Origin: Nitrospirota bacterium
GTDB taxonomy: Bacteria > Nitrospirota > UBA9217
DNA: 64,000 nt
NCBI GenBank assembly: GCA_963796285.1
Contig: CAWCKW010000012.1
Coordinates: 800,001-864,000 of the forward strand
Reading direction: 5' to 3'
The notes below the pieces were generated by a model. That model ran no database searches, was not told the DNA's origin, and was given only the letters and a program-made list of their open reading frames with translations. Below are positions 19,772 through 30,850 of this stretch, one piece after another. Position numbers and translations under genes: made by a program. How positions within the stretch are numbered: the first letter of the stretch is position 1; every line of letters begins with the position of its first letter.

Positions 19772-20758
19772 TCAGAGCGTGAGACCCAGATCCCGGACCA
19801 TCTTGAGATCTTCTTCCGGGTCAAGCCCCGAGGTCGTGAGATAATTGCCGATCATGAAATCCGTCCGCGCCGGCTGCGAAGATGAGCGGATGGAGCTGGC
19901 CAAGCGTTGTTCCCCTGCCCGCACAAACGCGTATCTCCTTTTCGGGCAGGACCAGACGGAACAAGGCAAGTGAATGAAGCGCCTCAAGCGGCGTAATGGG
20001 AGTCACGTCCTCAAGCGGGGTACCCATGATAGGCATCAGGAAGTTGATCGGCACCGAATCAACATCGAGCTCGCGCAGGGTAAAGGCCATCTTGATTCGG
20101 TCCTCCATTGCTCTCACCCATGCCGAGAATGCCGCCGCTGCAGGCGGAAAGCCCAACAGAACGTGCATTTTGGAGCACTTCAATCCGTTCATCGAAGCTA
20201 TGGGTGGTACATATTCGCGAAAAGTATTCACGGAGGTCTCGATATTATGATGATAGCGCTGGAGGCCGGCGCTCTTTCAGGTAGGAAAGCTGGTCTTTCG
20301 TGAGCGTGCCGAGCGTGGCGCAGGGAGAAAGGCCGATGTCGCGGACCTTCCGTATCCCCTCAGCGATGGTCTCAAGATCCGTCACGTGAATCAATGCCGC
20401 GTCCGCTCGTGACGATGCAGAAACGCTTGGCGCCGTTCCTTTTTGAGCTAATCGCGGCCTCTGTCATGCTGATCGACAGAGATGAGCGGATAGACCGGCG
20501 CACCGGTGGCATGATGCACCGATTGCGCGCAATAGGAGCAATTTTCACTGCAGGCCCCGGACTTGGCGTTTACAATTGAGCAGATATCCACTGTTTCGCC
20601 CCGGAAATGTCCGCGCACCCTTCCCGCTGCAGCGAACAAGTCCCAGAGGTCAGCGCCTTTGGCCTGCGAGAGCTCACAGACTACGTCATATCGATACTCG
20701 TGCCATTCAAGACTGTATCAAGAATAAAGGAAATGTTTTGTTTCATCGCTCGGTTCAT
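19772..20758 (-). CDS. bioB: Biotin synthase (radical SAM; several frameshifts)
   Basis: [53 protein letters not shown]. Confidence 0.9.
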
Positions 20759-20787
20759 GGTTAACTTTTTACCTGATATATGATCAA

Positions 20788-20820
20788 TTGTCAACCAATT
20801 TAAGTTTACATGGTTAACAA
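20788..20820. promoter_or_regulatory. BirA operator
   Basis: TTGTCAACC-N15-GGTTAACAA just upstream of bioB; matches the known BirA dyad; one arm overlaps a minus-strand TTGACA. Confidence 0.85.
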
Positions 20821-20966
20821 ATACAGGTACATCGCTGTGGACCAGATGAAAGCTTATTAATGCAGCAGCCTGTCCGAAGACAGAGATGCAAATGGGGCTG
20901 GAAGTAGAGTGAATATGAAATAAGTTCAGTATGAGATATAGAGGAAGGGTGAGTGATCGACGGAGG

Positions 20967-22426
20967 TTATTTCAGACTGGCGACTATGGCATTCACTTGC
21001 TGTTCCATCATTGATCTGATGAATCCAGGGATGCTGGGTCGTTTGCCTCAAATCGCATGACCAGGACGGGCTGCGTGTTCGAGGCACGGATAAGGCCCCA
21101 ACCCTTTTCAAAAATTGCACGCACCCCATCCACGGTTATTACCTCGCGAGGCCTTTGCGGGAGACTGTTTCCGTTGAGAAATGCCTCTTTTGCCTTCTCT
21201 ACGACCTTAAATTTGATCTTATCAGGACAGTCAAAACGGATCTCGGGGGTGTTAAAGGTTTTGGGCAGGTCGGCAAGCAATCAAGCTGAGTGACGCATTG
21301 TTGCCCTTCGCAGACTTAAGGTTTTGAGTATTTCAACGATGCGGCAGGCGGCATAGATGGCGTCATCGTAACCGAAATACCGGTCGGCAAAGAACAGATG
21401 CCCGCTCATTTCACCCGCCATGGCGGCATGGAGCTCTTTCATCTTGGCCTTGATCAGGGAATGCCCTGTTTTCCACATGACGGCATTGCCGCCATGCGCC
21501 CGGATGTCATCGTACATGATCTGTGAGCATTTGACCTCTGACACGAACGTGGCACCCGGTCGTTCGCGCAAGATATCGCGGGAGAAGATGACCATGAGCT
21601 GGTCTCCCCAAAGGATGTTCCCTTTCTCATCTACTACACCTATCCTGTCCGAATCTCCGTCGAATGCAATACCCGCATCGGCCTTCTGGGTGCCGACCGT
21701 ATCGATCAAGGCGGCAAGATTATCCGGGGATCGTCGGGTCCGGATGGTGGTTGGGAAATTTGCCGTCCGGCTCGGAAAAGAGCTCGATCACCTCGCAGTT
21801 CATGCTGCGGATGATATCAGGAGCGGCAAGCCCTGCGGTGCCGTTGCCTGAATCGAGAACTATCTTTGAGCCTGGTCTCTTGGCTGGAATTGAACTAGTT
21901 TTCGATGAAGTCGTATATAATCAGGAAGGATGGGCAAATGCTTTACTGCCCCGTTCTTGGTTATTCCGACACTTTCCTTTTCTCCTGATCCCTGACGCCT
22001 GACCCCTGGCTTCGTGCTTTTCGGCTCGTTCCATGATCTGCCGGATCTTCTGGATCTCTTCACCGTAGATGGTTTCCTTGCCCACGCAAAGCTTGAACCC
22101 ATTGAACTCCGATGGATTGTGGCTCCCGGTGATCATCACCCCCGCGCCCTGATTCAGGTGATAGAGTGAAAAGTAGAGCGCCGGAGTCGGGCAGAGACCG
22201 AGTACCGTAACGTCCACTCCGGCCATGGTAAGGCCTCGCACGATGTCATCGCAGAGCCGGGGAGAGCTTATGCGTGCATCGTAGCCCACGATCACGGTGC
22301 TTGATCCCTTTGGGTTTTAGATAAGCCGCAAAGGCCTTTCCCAGCGTTCTCGATAACCGGCGAGGTAAGATCGCGATCCGCGATGCCGCGGATATCATAT
22401 TCTCGGAATATTTCCGTATTGACCAT
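20967..22426 (-). CDS. Phosphomannomutase/phosphoglucomutase (several frameshifts)
   Basis: IFREYDIRG, ITGSHNP, FDGDSDR, GEMSGH, RASNTQP motifs. Confidence 0.9.
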
Positions 22427-22493
22427 AATAATGCCGAGATCCTTTTATTCGTAAATTATTTACTGCTGTATGATAGATCGGGAGGGATTTTCT

Positions 22494-23951
22494 TATTTTG
22501 TTTTCGTGCCGGTTGTAGTCATCATCAAATCGGACGATATCGTCCTCTTCAAGATATTCGCCATTCTGCACTTCGATGATCTGAAGCGGTATCTTGCCTG
22601 GATTTTCGAGCCGGTGCTTTGTGGACATGGGGATATAAGTGCTTTCGTTCGGGTGCACATCGTAGACATTTTCGCCATTGGTCACTCTCGCAGTCCCGGA
22701 GACAACGACCCAGTGCTCGCTCCGGTGGTTGTGAAGCTGATGGGACAGCTTCGTTCCCGGATTGATGACCAGATCGTTTGATCTTGTAACGGTCGCCTTC
22801 TTCCAGAATAGTATAGGAACCCCAGGGCCGGTGGACGGTGAGTGTGGATCAGATGCTCGCCCGATTTGACGCTTTTTGAGTTCCTCAACTACTTTTTTAA
22901 CATCCTGTGCCCGGTCCTTGCTGCAGACCAGCGTGGCGTCCGGCGTATCCACGATAACAACATTCTTCAGGCCGATCGTCGCGACCAGACGTTTTTCTGC
23001 ATAAATGATGGAGTCGTGGCTGTCTATATCGATGACATTTCCGGCAATGACGTTTCCTGATGTGTCGCGGTCCGAAACATCGTCCAACGCAGTCCAGCTA
23101 CCCACGTCCGACCAGCCGATGTCAGCTGGAATGACAGCGGCCCGATCGGTCTTTTCCATAACAGCGTAATCGATGGAGATGGATTCAAGTCGTTTAAAGA
23201 CCTGCGTGATCACTTCGGTTTCCTTGTCTGTGCCGATGTTCTTCTGGATCTCCATCAACCCTTTATAGAGAGCTGGCGCATGCTTTTCGATCTCCTGAAG
23301 GAGTGCGCGTATTTTCCAGATGAAGATGCCGCTGTTCCAGTAATAGTTACCCTGTCTGACGTATTCTCTGGCCGTATCAATATTCGGTTTCTCAACAAAG
23401 GCTTCGACCTTGCAAACACCGCTGTGATCATCTGCCGGTGAACAGGGTACACCGGCCTTGATGTAACCGTAGCCCGTCTCCGGGCGGTCAGGTTTTATCC
23501 CGAGAGTGACCAGATAGTTGTCTGTAGCCGCATCCCCTGCCATACGGAGCAAACCAAGGAATTCATCGGTTTTGCGAATCAAATGATCTGCTGAAAATAC
23601 GGCCATGATTCCGTCAGGATCGATCCTGTTCAAATGGAGCGCAGCGAGTCCCAATGCTGGAGCGGTGTTCTTTGCCTCGGGCTCAAGGATGAAGTTTATG
23701 TTCCAGGTATCGCCGAATTTAGCGGAAAGCTGGGTGTTTATGGCATCCGACAAACCATGATTTGTTACAACGAAGATATCCTCCCGCTTGATTATCGGCA
23801 GGATACGTTTTACCGTCTCCTGAATGAGCGTGTCCTCGGCGCCGATCTTGAGCAACTGTTTCGGCATTTTCTCGCGCGAAAGCGGCCAGAACCGTGTACC
23901 GGAACCACCTGCCATAATAACAGCAAACATGCGATATCTCTGATTGTTCAA
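22494..23951 (-). CDS. manC: Mannose-1-phosphate guanylyltransferase / mannose-6-phosphate isomerase (compensating frameshifts ~22870-22780; exact stop uncertain)
   Basis: MAGGSGTRFWPLSR, NTAPA, GYGYI, WNSG, WSDVGSW, HRSEHWVVV, EDDIVRF; AGGAG RBS before TTG. Confidence 0.9.
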
Positions 23952-24012
23952 AAAATTGCTCCTTTAAATCAAGGTATATTTTTATCAGGCATGGCTACAA
24001 ACAATTGTTTAC

Positions 24013-24041
24013 ATAATAATCTATATGCAGATTATTGTCAA
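24013..24041 (-). promoter_or_regulatory. Sigma70-type promoter for manC-pgm
   Basis: TTGACA-N17-TATTAT. Confidence 0.65.
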
Positions 24042-24173
24042 CCTCGTGAAAATACATTACAAAGATACTTCGTGAAGATTAATGGTGGCAAATGATACCG
24101 AAGCAGGAAAATTAGGATCCTGTTTTTTACAGAATGTTCAACGAACAGAACCAGCAAAACTGGCGTCCAGCGA

Positions 24174-25328
24174 CTAATCGTGGAAATGATGGTTCATCAC
24201 GGCTCTTTCAACAAAACTCTTATATTCATGCTGAAAGCGTTTTCTTCCAAATCGTTCTGCATTGTTTCGCAACAGTATCGGAGAAAAATTCCTGCCAATT
24301 TGTTCAAATTTATCGACAGCATTCTGAATATCCGCGGACGTCTGTTCAAAGAAAAAGATGCCGGTCTCACCTTCAATAACGGTTTCCAATGCGCCTCCCC
24401 TGCCGAAGGCGATAACAGGCGTTCCACATGCCTGCGATTCGACGGGCAAAATGCCGAAATCTTCCTCAGCAGCAAAAATAAAAGCTTTCGCTCTTTGAAG
24501 ATACTTGATAAGAACATCCTGAGATTGATACCCGAGCAATACTATATTTGAACTTGCCGTCGATTTAATCTCGTTAAAACCGGGACCGTCTCCTATTACG
24601 ACAAGCTGTCGGTCGGGCATATGAGCAAAGGCTTCAACGATCAGATTGATCCTTTTGTAGGGGACGATTCGAGAGGCTGCCAGATAGTAATCATCCTTCT
24701 CAGTGCACAGGCCAAATCGCTCAACATCGACGGGAGGATAGATGACCGTGGATTCTCTCTCGTAGGCCCGTTTGATACGATCGGCGATATACCGGGAGTT
24801 GGCGATGAAATGGTCCACGCCCTCAGCCGTCCTGGCGTCCCATGCCTGCAGACGATCCAGAATGCGTCTCGCCGCGTATCCTCGTATGCCCTTGTCAAGT
24901 CGGGCTTCCCGTAGATACTGTTCCTTCAAATCCCATGCGTACCGCATGGGAGTGTGACAGTAACAGATATGGAGTTGTCCGCTTCGTTTTCGGACCCCTT
25001 TGGCAACAGCGTGAGATGAAGACAGAATAATGTCATATTTCGACAGATCAAAGCGTTCCACAGCGTATGGCATGAACGGAAGATAGGAGCGGTATTTCGA
25101 CCTCGCACAAGGAAGATACTGGATGAAGGAGGTATAGGCCTTTTTACCGAGAAGCGCACCCCGGTCAGCTTCCGGTAAAAAATCGACCAGACTGTACAGA
25201 TCTGCGTCTGGATAAAGGGTCAGAATCTGCTCAACGACGCTCTCTGATCCGGCGAATGTAATCAGCCACTCATGAACAACTGCAATCGTGTTGATAGCGG
25301 CCTGAGAATGGATCACTCCTCCAACCAT
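24174..25328 (-). CDS. GT4 glycosyltransferase (WbaZ-like)
   Basis: VHEWL...GSE, HTPMRYAWD, EEDFGILPVESQACG. Confidence 0.9.
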   Translation of the reverse strand: MVGGVIHSQAAINTIAVVHEWLITFAGSESVVEQILTLYPDADLYSLVDFLPEADRGALLGKKAYTSFIQYLPCARSKYRSYLPFMPYAVERFDLSKYDIILSSSHAVAKGVRKRSGQLHICYCHTPMRYAWDLKEQYLREARLDKGIRGYAARRILDRLQAWDARTAEGVDHFIANSRYIADRIKRAYERESTVIYPPVDVERFGLCTEKDDYYLAASRIVPYKRINLIVEAFAHMPDRQLVVIGDGPGFNEIKSTASSNIVLLGYQSQDVLIKYLQRAKAFIFAAEEDFGILPVESQACGTPVIAFGRGGALETVIEGETGIFFFEQTSADIQNAVDKFEQIGRNFSPILLRNNAERFGRKRFQHEYKSFVERAVMNHHFHD

Positions 25329-25452
25329 TTGAATGTATCCCTTCCTTTAAGAAAGACATGAATCTGGGCGTCGCAGTTTTATGGAAAAGGTTGCGAAGAA
25401 AGCCGCAATGCGCGCCCAATAGGATGAAGAGCTTCTCTGCATGCCTGCGTCA

Positions 25453-26883
25453 TCATGGCCGGATGAAGGCTTCCTTTAATTGTTTCAGATCCTGAATCGA
25501 AAGTATTTTTGTCGCAAGGATGAGGAGCACATATGAGGCAACGGCTGTCGGCAAAATTATTATAAGTCCAGAGCCCTTGATTGCAAGTAATACGAGAGCC
25601 AATAACGCGCCGCACAAGAGCGGCTTCAATCCGTCAACCAAAAAACGCGAACTTGTAAAATATTTTACCGCAAAGGTGGCAGTCATCGCAAAAAATATCA
25701 TGTCCGTCACTACGGTCGCTATGCTTGATCCAATATATCCATACCGGGGTATGAAGAATAAATTCAATACAACGTTCAGGATCAAACACAAAAAAGCGAA
25801 TATCGCATTTAACATCTGTTTGTTCGCAATCACGATTAAATTCAAAAAAAGAACGTTCGGGAATATAAAAAGAGACGTCCAAATAATGATGTTCAAAGCA
25901 ACGGTACTGTCTGAATATTCAGCGCCGTAAATAATTTGAATGATTGCCTGAGATGATGTGACCGTTACGACGACGATGAATATCACAATAAGAAGAAGAA
26001 CTTGGAATGACTTCCTGAATGTCGACTCAAGCTCTAACTTCCGATTTTTTGATAAGTCCGCGAGGATGGGGAACAGTCCGCCGACTAATATTGCCGGGAT
26101 CACATTCAAGACCTCGATAAGCCTGATTGCTGCCGAGTATATGCCGATATCAGAATTGCTGCTGCCGAACATTGACAGCATGACAACATCCACCTTGAAG
26201 TAAACCAGAGCGAAAATAGAAGTTAAAGCCATGGGGAGTGCTTTGTAAAGCATTGATCTCAATGCCTTCCAATCCAGTTCAAGCTCGATGCGTATGACTC
26301 CTTTTTTTATATAATAATACGATATGAATACCGCTATGAACGAAGCAAGTATCATGCAACTCATCATAGGTATGATCCTGCCGACGACGAGAAGCGCCGT
26401 CAAGCCTAACAATGACACGAGCACTTTATTGGTTACTTTGATAGCCGCATCTATATCCATGCGCTCATAGGCATTTGAGAGAGCGATAAAAAAATCAAAG
26501 TAACAGTTAAGTATCAAATAGATGCCCATGACCAGAACAACTGTTATCGTGTGTTGATCGTATCCGAAAAGTAGTAGGGCGTTCCAAAGAAGTAAAAAGG
26601 TGATAATGGAGAGCAGCATTTTGACAGTAAAGATATTGTTGCTGTATTTTTGGGCCAGTGACCTGTCTCTTGCAACATCTCTCGTCAGCAATATATTCAA
26701 GCCAGGATCAACAAGAAGGACGAATATCCCGGCAAAAGAAAAAGCAAAGGAAAAAAGACCGAAATCGGAGGCCCCGAGATGTCTGGCCATGTAAATGAAA
26801 AAGAACAAGTATACGAACCGAGAAAGGATCTCCGCTATTGCTTTATAGAAAATGTTTTTTCCTGCCCTTCTCAGGTTGCTCAA
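25453..26883 (-). CDS. wzx: Wzx-type polysaccharide flippase
   Basis: About 12-14 TM segments; ARHLGASDFG, KVDVVML, GIYSAA, IPRYGYIG; start placed at TTG 26883. Confidence 0.85.
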   Translation of the reverse strand: MSNLRRAGKNIFYKAIAEILSRFVYLFFFIYMARHLGASDFGLFSFAFSFAGIFVLLVDPGLNILLTRDVARDRSLAQKYSNNIFTVKMLLSIITFLLLWNALLLFGYDQHTITVVLVMGIYLILNCYFDFFIALSNAYERMDIDAAIKVTNKVLVSLLGLTALLVVGRIIPMMSCMILASFIAVFISYYYIKKGVIRIELELDWKALRSMLYKALPMALTSIFALVYFKVDVVMLSMFGSSNSDIGIYSAAIRLIEVLNVIPAILVGGLFPILADLSKNRKLELESTFRKSFQVLLLIVIFIVVVTVTSSQAIIQIIYGAEYSDSTVALNIIIWTSLFIFPNVLFLNLIVIANKQMLNAIFAFLCLILNVVLNLFFIPRYGYIGSSIATVVTDMIFFAMTATFAVKYFTSSRFLVDGLKPLLCGALLALVLLAIKGSGLIIILPTAVASYVLLILATKILSIQDLKQLKEAFIRP

Positions 26884-26965
26884 GGTGAGCTCTCTTTCAT
26901 AAAATGACGTTTTCCTGCCACAACATGCGGGAGCATGGCATGCACCCACCCACGCTCAGCTGAAT

Positions 26966-27813
26966 CTAACTAAATAAAAGCTTCTTGATCAGCCGGGGAA
27001 GCGATCCCAACCATGCCTGCGGTCCAAGTTGGTCAATCATGAATCGGTGATTGAACAAATAGTCCTTGAACCATTGGGACTTTCCCGCCCGGCTGCCTCC
27101 GGAAGAAACTTCATGATGGATGACGATGGCATCTCCCCGGTATTGACCGAATTTGCCTTTCTTCGCCATTCGAATACCGAACTCGGATTCGAATAAATAG
27201 GCATTTCCGCGAAAGCGGTCATTGAAACCACCCAGATCGGTGAAGGATGAGCGCCTGACAGCCATGTTACAACCCCGTGCCGAATTGATCACACAGAACC
27301 CCGGCTGATCTACATTGCCGAATATCAGCCCGATTTTGTTCGTCCAGGCAACTATGCGTCCATTCAGTTTTTTATCCCGGGCTACGAATAAGCCGAAAAA
27401 ACATTCAACCATGATCCGGATCCAGTCTGAAAAAGAAGTTGTTCCCTTTGCTATACGGACTTCTCGGCCCGTGGTATACGTTAATTCAGGATCCTGGGAG
27501 AATGCGTCAAGATGCGATTCAAGCCATCCGAAATGGGGTACCGCATCGTCATCCAAAATAAGCACGATGTCAGCTTGAGAGCTGAAGATGCAGCGATTTA
27601 GCGTCGGTGTCGTACCGGGCGAGGACAACATAATGATACGCAATCGAGGGTCCTGCTCCATTTGTTTTACGAAAACCTCAGGCACAATCCCCTGGAGTCC
27701 AAGGCAGATTGGATATCCGGATAAATCATCCTGATCTCTTTCAGCGTTATTCGCAGGGTGTCTATTCTGTTATAGCTCGGGATAACCAGTTCCGCGGTCA
27801 AGTTTTGCTTCAA
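26966..27813 (-). CDS. GT2 glycosyltransferase (N-terminal frameshift)
   Basis: VIPSYNR after TTG 27813, LDDD, GCNMAVRR, GGFNDRF. Confidence 0.78.
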
Positions 27814-27871
27814 AATTAACGTTCCTCCTTAGACCTGACCATAGAAGGCCGTCAATCGTCGGCGTACGGCA

Positions 27872-28816
27872 TCAGATCTTATGAGATATTCTTCTTGAGA
27901 CATTATTATACAGGAGCTTTAGACGCGCTAGAACGCTTATGCTGACGGTTTTTTCCAATACTCTCTTTACGAATGTAACGATAATGCTTTTCAACAGGCG
28001 GATGAAGACGAACATCCATAAATATCTGCTGAAAAGGCCAAAACGTCGCTTTAGGACAAGTAATATTTCACGATACGATGCGAGAACGTGCGTGTAGGTT
28101 GCTCCCGTATTTCCGAATGTTACAAAAAACCTGCCAGTCGGAATGAATTGTACCCCGCTGCGAATCGCATCCACTAAAAAAGCGTAATCTGCGGCAAATT
28201 TCAACGATGTATCGTAGAGCAATGGTATTCGATAGATATCCCGTGAGACAAACATCGCCTGATGACAGATGCTCATCCCTCTCCAGAATTTCAAATCGGA
28301 CCGAAATTCAGTCCTCACCTGCATGCGGTCATCAAGGATATAATATTCTCCGTATATAATAGCTCTTTCCTTGGTCCCAGAATTCCGGTATGTCTCGGCA
28401 ACGCACGCCAGAGCGCCCTGCTCGTAATAATCATCACTGTTCAGCAGGGCGATGAGGTCGCCTGTTGCTATTGCGATTCCCTTGTTCATCGCATCATAGA
28501 TGCCTTTGTCCGGCTCGCTGATCCAGTATGCGATCTTGTCTACATTTTTTTGGACAATTTCCAGAGTGCCGTCGGTCGATCCACCGTCAATGATGATATA
28601 TTCGATTTTCTCATAGGATTGATCGAGAACACTTTTCATAGCGCGTTCGAGAGTTTGTTCTCCATTTCGGACGACGGTAATGACGCTGATTAACGGGTCT
28701 TTTGAATGCATCCGAGGAGGCACGCCTTCCTGAAAGAGATACCCTCCGTGAGGCGATACTACGTTATCAGGAATTATGGACGGGGTTTTCCCCATATGGT
28801 TAAAGATCAGCTCCAT
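27872..28816 (-). CDS. GT2 glycosyltransferase (WcaE-like)
   Basis: SVITVVRN, IIIDGGSTDGT, DKGIYDAMNKG, LNSDD. Confidence 0.88.
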   Translation of the reverse strand: MELIFNHMGKTPSIIPDNVVSPHGGYLFQEGVPPRMHSKDPLISVITVVRNGEQTLERAMKSVLDQSYEKIEYIIIDGGSTDGTLEIVQKNVDKIAYWISEPDKGIYDAMNKGIAIATGDLIALLNSDDYYEQGALACVAETYRNSGTKERAIIYGEYYILDDRMQVRTEFRSDLKFWRGMSICHQAMFVSRDIYRIPLLYDTSLKFAADYAFLVDAIRSGVQFIPTGRFFVTFGNTGATYTHVLASYREILLVLKRRFGLFSRYLWMFVFIRLLKSIIVTFVKRVLEKTVSISVLARLKLLYNNVSRRISHKI

Positions 28817-28845
28817 TTCTTCTGGCTGTGTTCAAATCGAACAGA

Positions 28846-30083
28846 CTACGAGGTACTTCTCTTTTTTGAATTTTGCCATGGATCAAATAGTAATATACTA
28901 TCAATGTACTGTATAACTGTTTCGGGTAAGATATCATGAATGGTATAAGGCGATGCGTATCGAAACAGAAGAGCGTTCTCTCGACTGCGTTCTGTCGACA
29001 AATCGATTTGAGGCGGATAGAGAGAGACAAATTTATACTGGATCTGTTCTGGATAGGGAGCAAATCTTCCGAAGTGCTGTCCCGTAAAAAAGGAGATCAC
29101 CGGGACTCCAGAACATGCACACATGTGAGCTGCTCCGGTATCACTGCCGATATATAATGAAGACTGAAACAGCAAATAAAGTAAATCAACCAGGTTCAAC
29201 GTTCCTGTTACATTCGTTATGCGCTTATGAGGAAATTCTACGTATTGCAATATGGCCGCAGCGTGCTTGACGTCTTGCTTGCTTCCCGCAATATAAATGT
29301 GATGATGGTGATTGTCAAGCAAATGGTTTAAGACCTTGCCGTACGATTCATAATCCCAGACTTTAAAGGACTGCCCTCCTCCCGGGAAGACAACAACGTA
29401 TTTCTCATTTTGGCCTGATGATAATATACTCGGCTTTCTATCGATATTTAATGATAATGACGGCCTCGATATTTCTAATTGTTCGCCGAGCAGTTGGCTG
29501 AAGAAATCTTTATTCCTGTAGAACTCAAAAATGGGCGTGCCCACAGAAGGAGCAATAAATGCTGAATAGATATTATCACCCTTCCCCAACTGGTCTTCGT
29601 TTATATTTGCCGTATCTCCGCGATATCCTATTTTCTGTGCGGCATTCAATGCTTTCATAATGGAATCATCGACAAAATCGCGTGAGTAAGCGGGACCACG
29701 GCAATTTCAACCGCGAAGAATCTCAGCCGAATAAAGATATAATAGCGATAAATTGGATTGCGCAAGAAATGTTTTTTGTTTATCCAAATCGCTTTGTGAA
29801 AATACTGCCCATCTAAAAACAACGATAAGTCTTTCCATAAACTGTTCCCGACAAAATATATCTTATTATCCCTGTAAACAGTGCTTTCGATCAGACATGA
29901 AATAAAATTCCGAAACAGAATATAATCCCCTATCCCGTCTACACGAACGAGAGCGATGGTCTTTCGTTGAATAGATACAGGCACGAACCATAATATTCTA
30001 TATGCGAATAAGTCGACATAAGACTTGATTCTTCTGAATATGGAACGCAATGCACCCGTCTGATTTGGATTTTTGTTGTTCAA
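28846..30083 (-). CDS. GT9 glycosyltransferase (frameshift near 29660-29700)
   Basis: RVDGIGDYIL N-terminal and GSDTGAAHM C-terminal motifs in two ORFs. Confidence 0.78.
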
Positions 30084-30850
30084 TCTGTACCAGCTTTGAG
30101 CAGATAATTACGAATTTTAACCAGAAATGGACGAACATAAAGAAAATAGGCGTATTGAAATGAGGAAAGATTATTATGACGCACGGCTAGCCATTCATAC
30201 ACCAGCATGTCGCGATTGTCCGGATTTGCCGTGAAACCATTCATATCATAGTATGCGATGGTTTCTGGAACATGTTTATAAGATACTTTGTGCCCGACAA
30301 TGCATCTCCATAAGAATTCGTAATCCGCAACGAATTTATAGCGTTCATCAAAATATCCATATTTGTCGAAAAGCACTTTTCTCACAAAGGTAGCCTGGTG
30401 ACATATCATGTTGCTGAGTAAATACTTGATCGAGATCGTATCCGAATAATTCTTTTGGACCTTTCTGTCTCCATAATCCTCAATAATATTCCCGAAGACA
30501 ATATCTTCAGTTCTTTCATCATCGTTAAATACTCGCCTCAGAGTATCCAGTTCGCATAGTTTATCTCCGGCATTTAAAAAATACACGTATTCCCCATCGG
30601 CAAGTGATATGCCTTTATTCATCGCATGCCAGATGCCCCTGTCATTTTCTGAAACGTATTTTGTTATCGAATCCCGATACGATTCTATGATTTCCAACGT
30701 CCCATCGACGGAGCCACCGTCTACCACGATATACTCATACCTGTCGAACGTTTGCTTGACAACGCTTTCAATCGTTTTCGCAATGTTGGCCGCTTCATTT
30801 TTACACGTGGTAATGATCGATAATTTCAGTTTCCGGGTCTTGATGTTCAT
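30080..30850 (-). CDS. GT2 glycosyltransferase
   Basis: VVDGGSVDGT, DRGIWHAMNKG, LNAGD, CHQA. Confidence 0.88.
   Translation of the reverse strand: MNIKTRKLKLSIITTCKNEAANIAKTIESVVKQTFDRYEYIVVDGGSVDGTLEIIESYRDSITKYVSENDRGIWHAMNKGISLADGEYVYFLNAGDKLCELDTLRRVFNDDERTEDIVFGNIIEDYGDRKVQKNYSDTISIKYLLSNMICHQATFVRKVLFDKYGYFDERYKFVADYEFLWRCIVGHKVSYKHVPETIAYYDMNGFTANPDNRDMLVYEWLAVRHNNLSSFQYAYFLYVRPFLVKIRNYLLKAGTD

Noticed and set aside
12714-22426. Programmed frameshifting or recoding across miaB, mtaB, bio and pgm genes
   Set aside because: Multiple shifts per gene with no common slippery motif; sequencing error is simpler.
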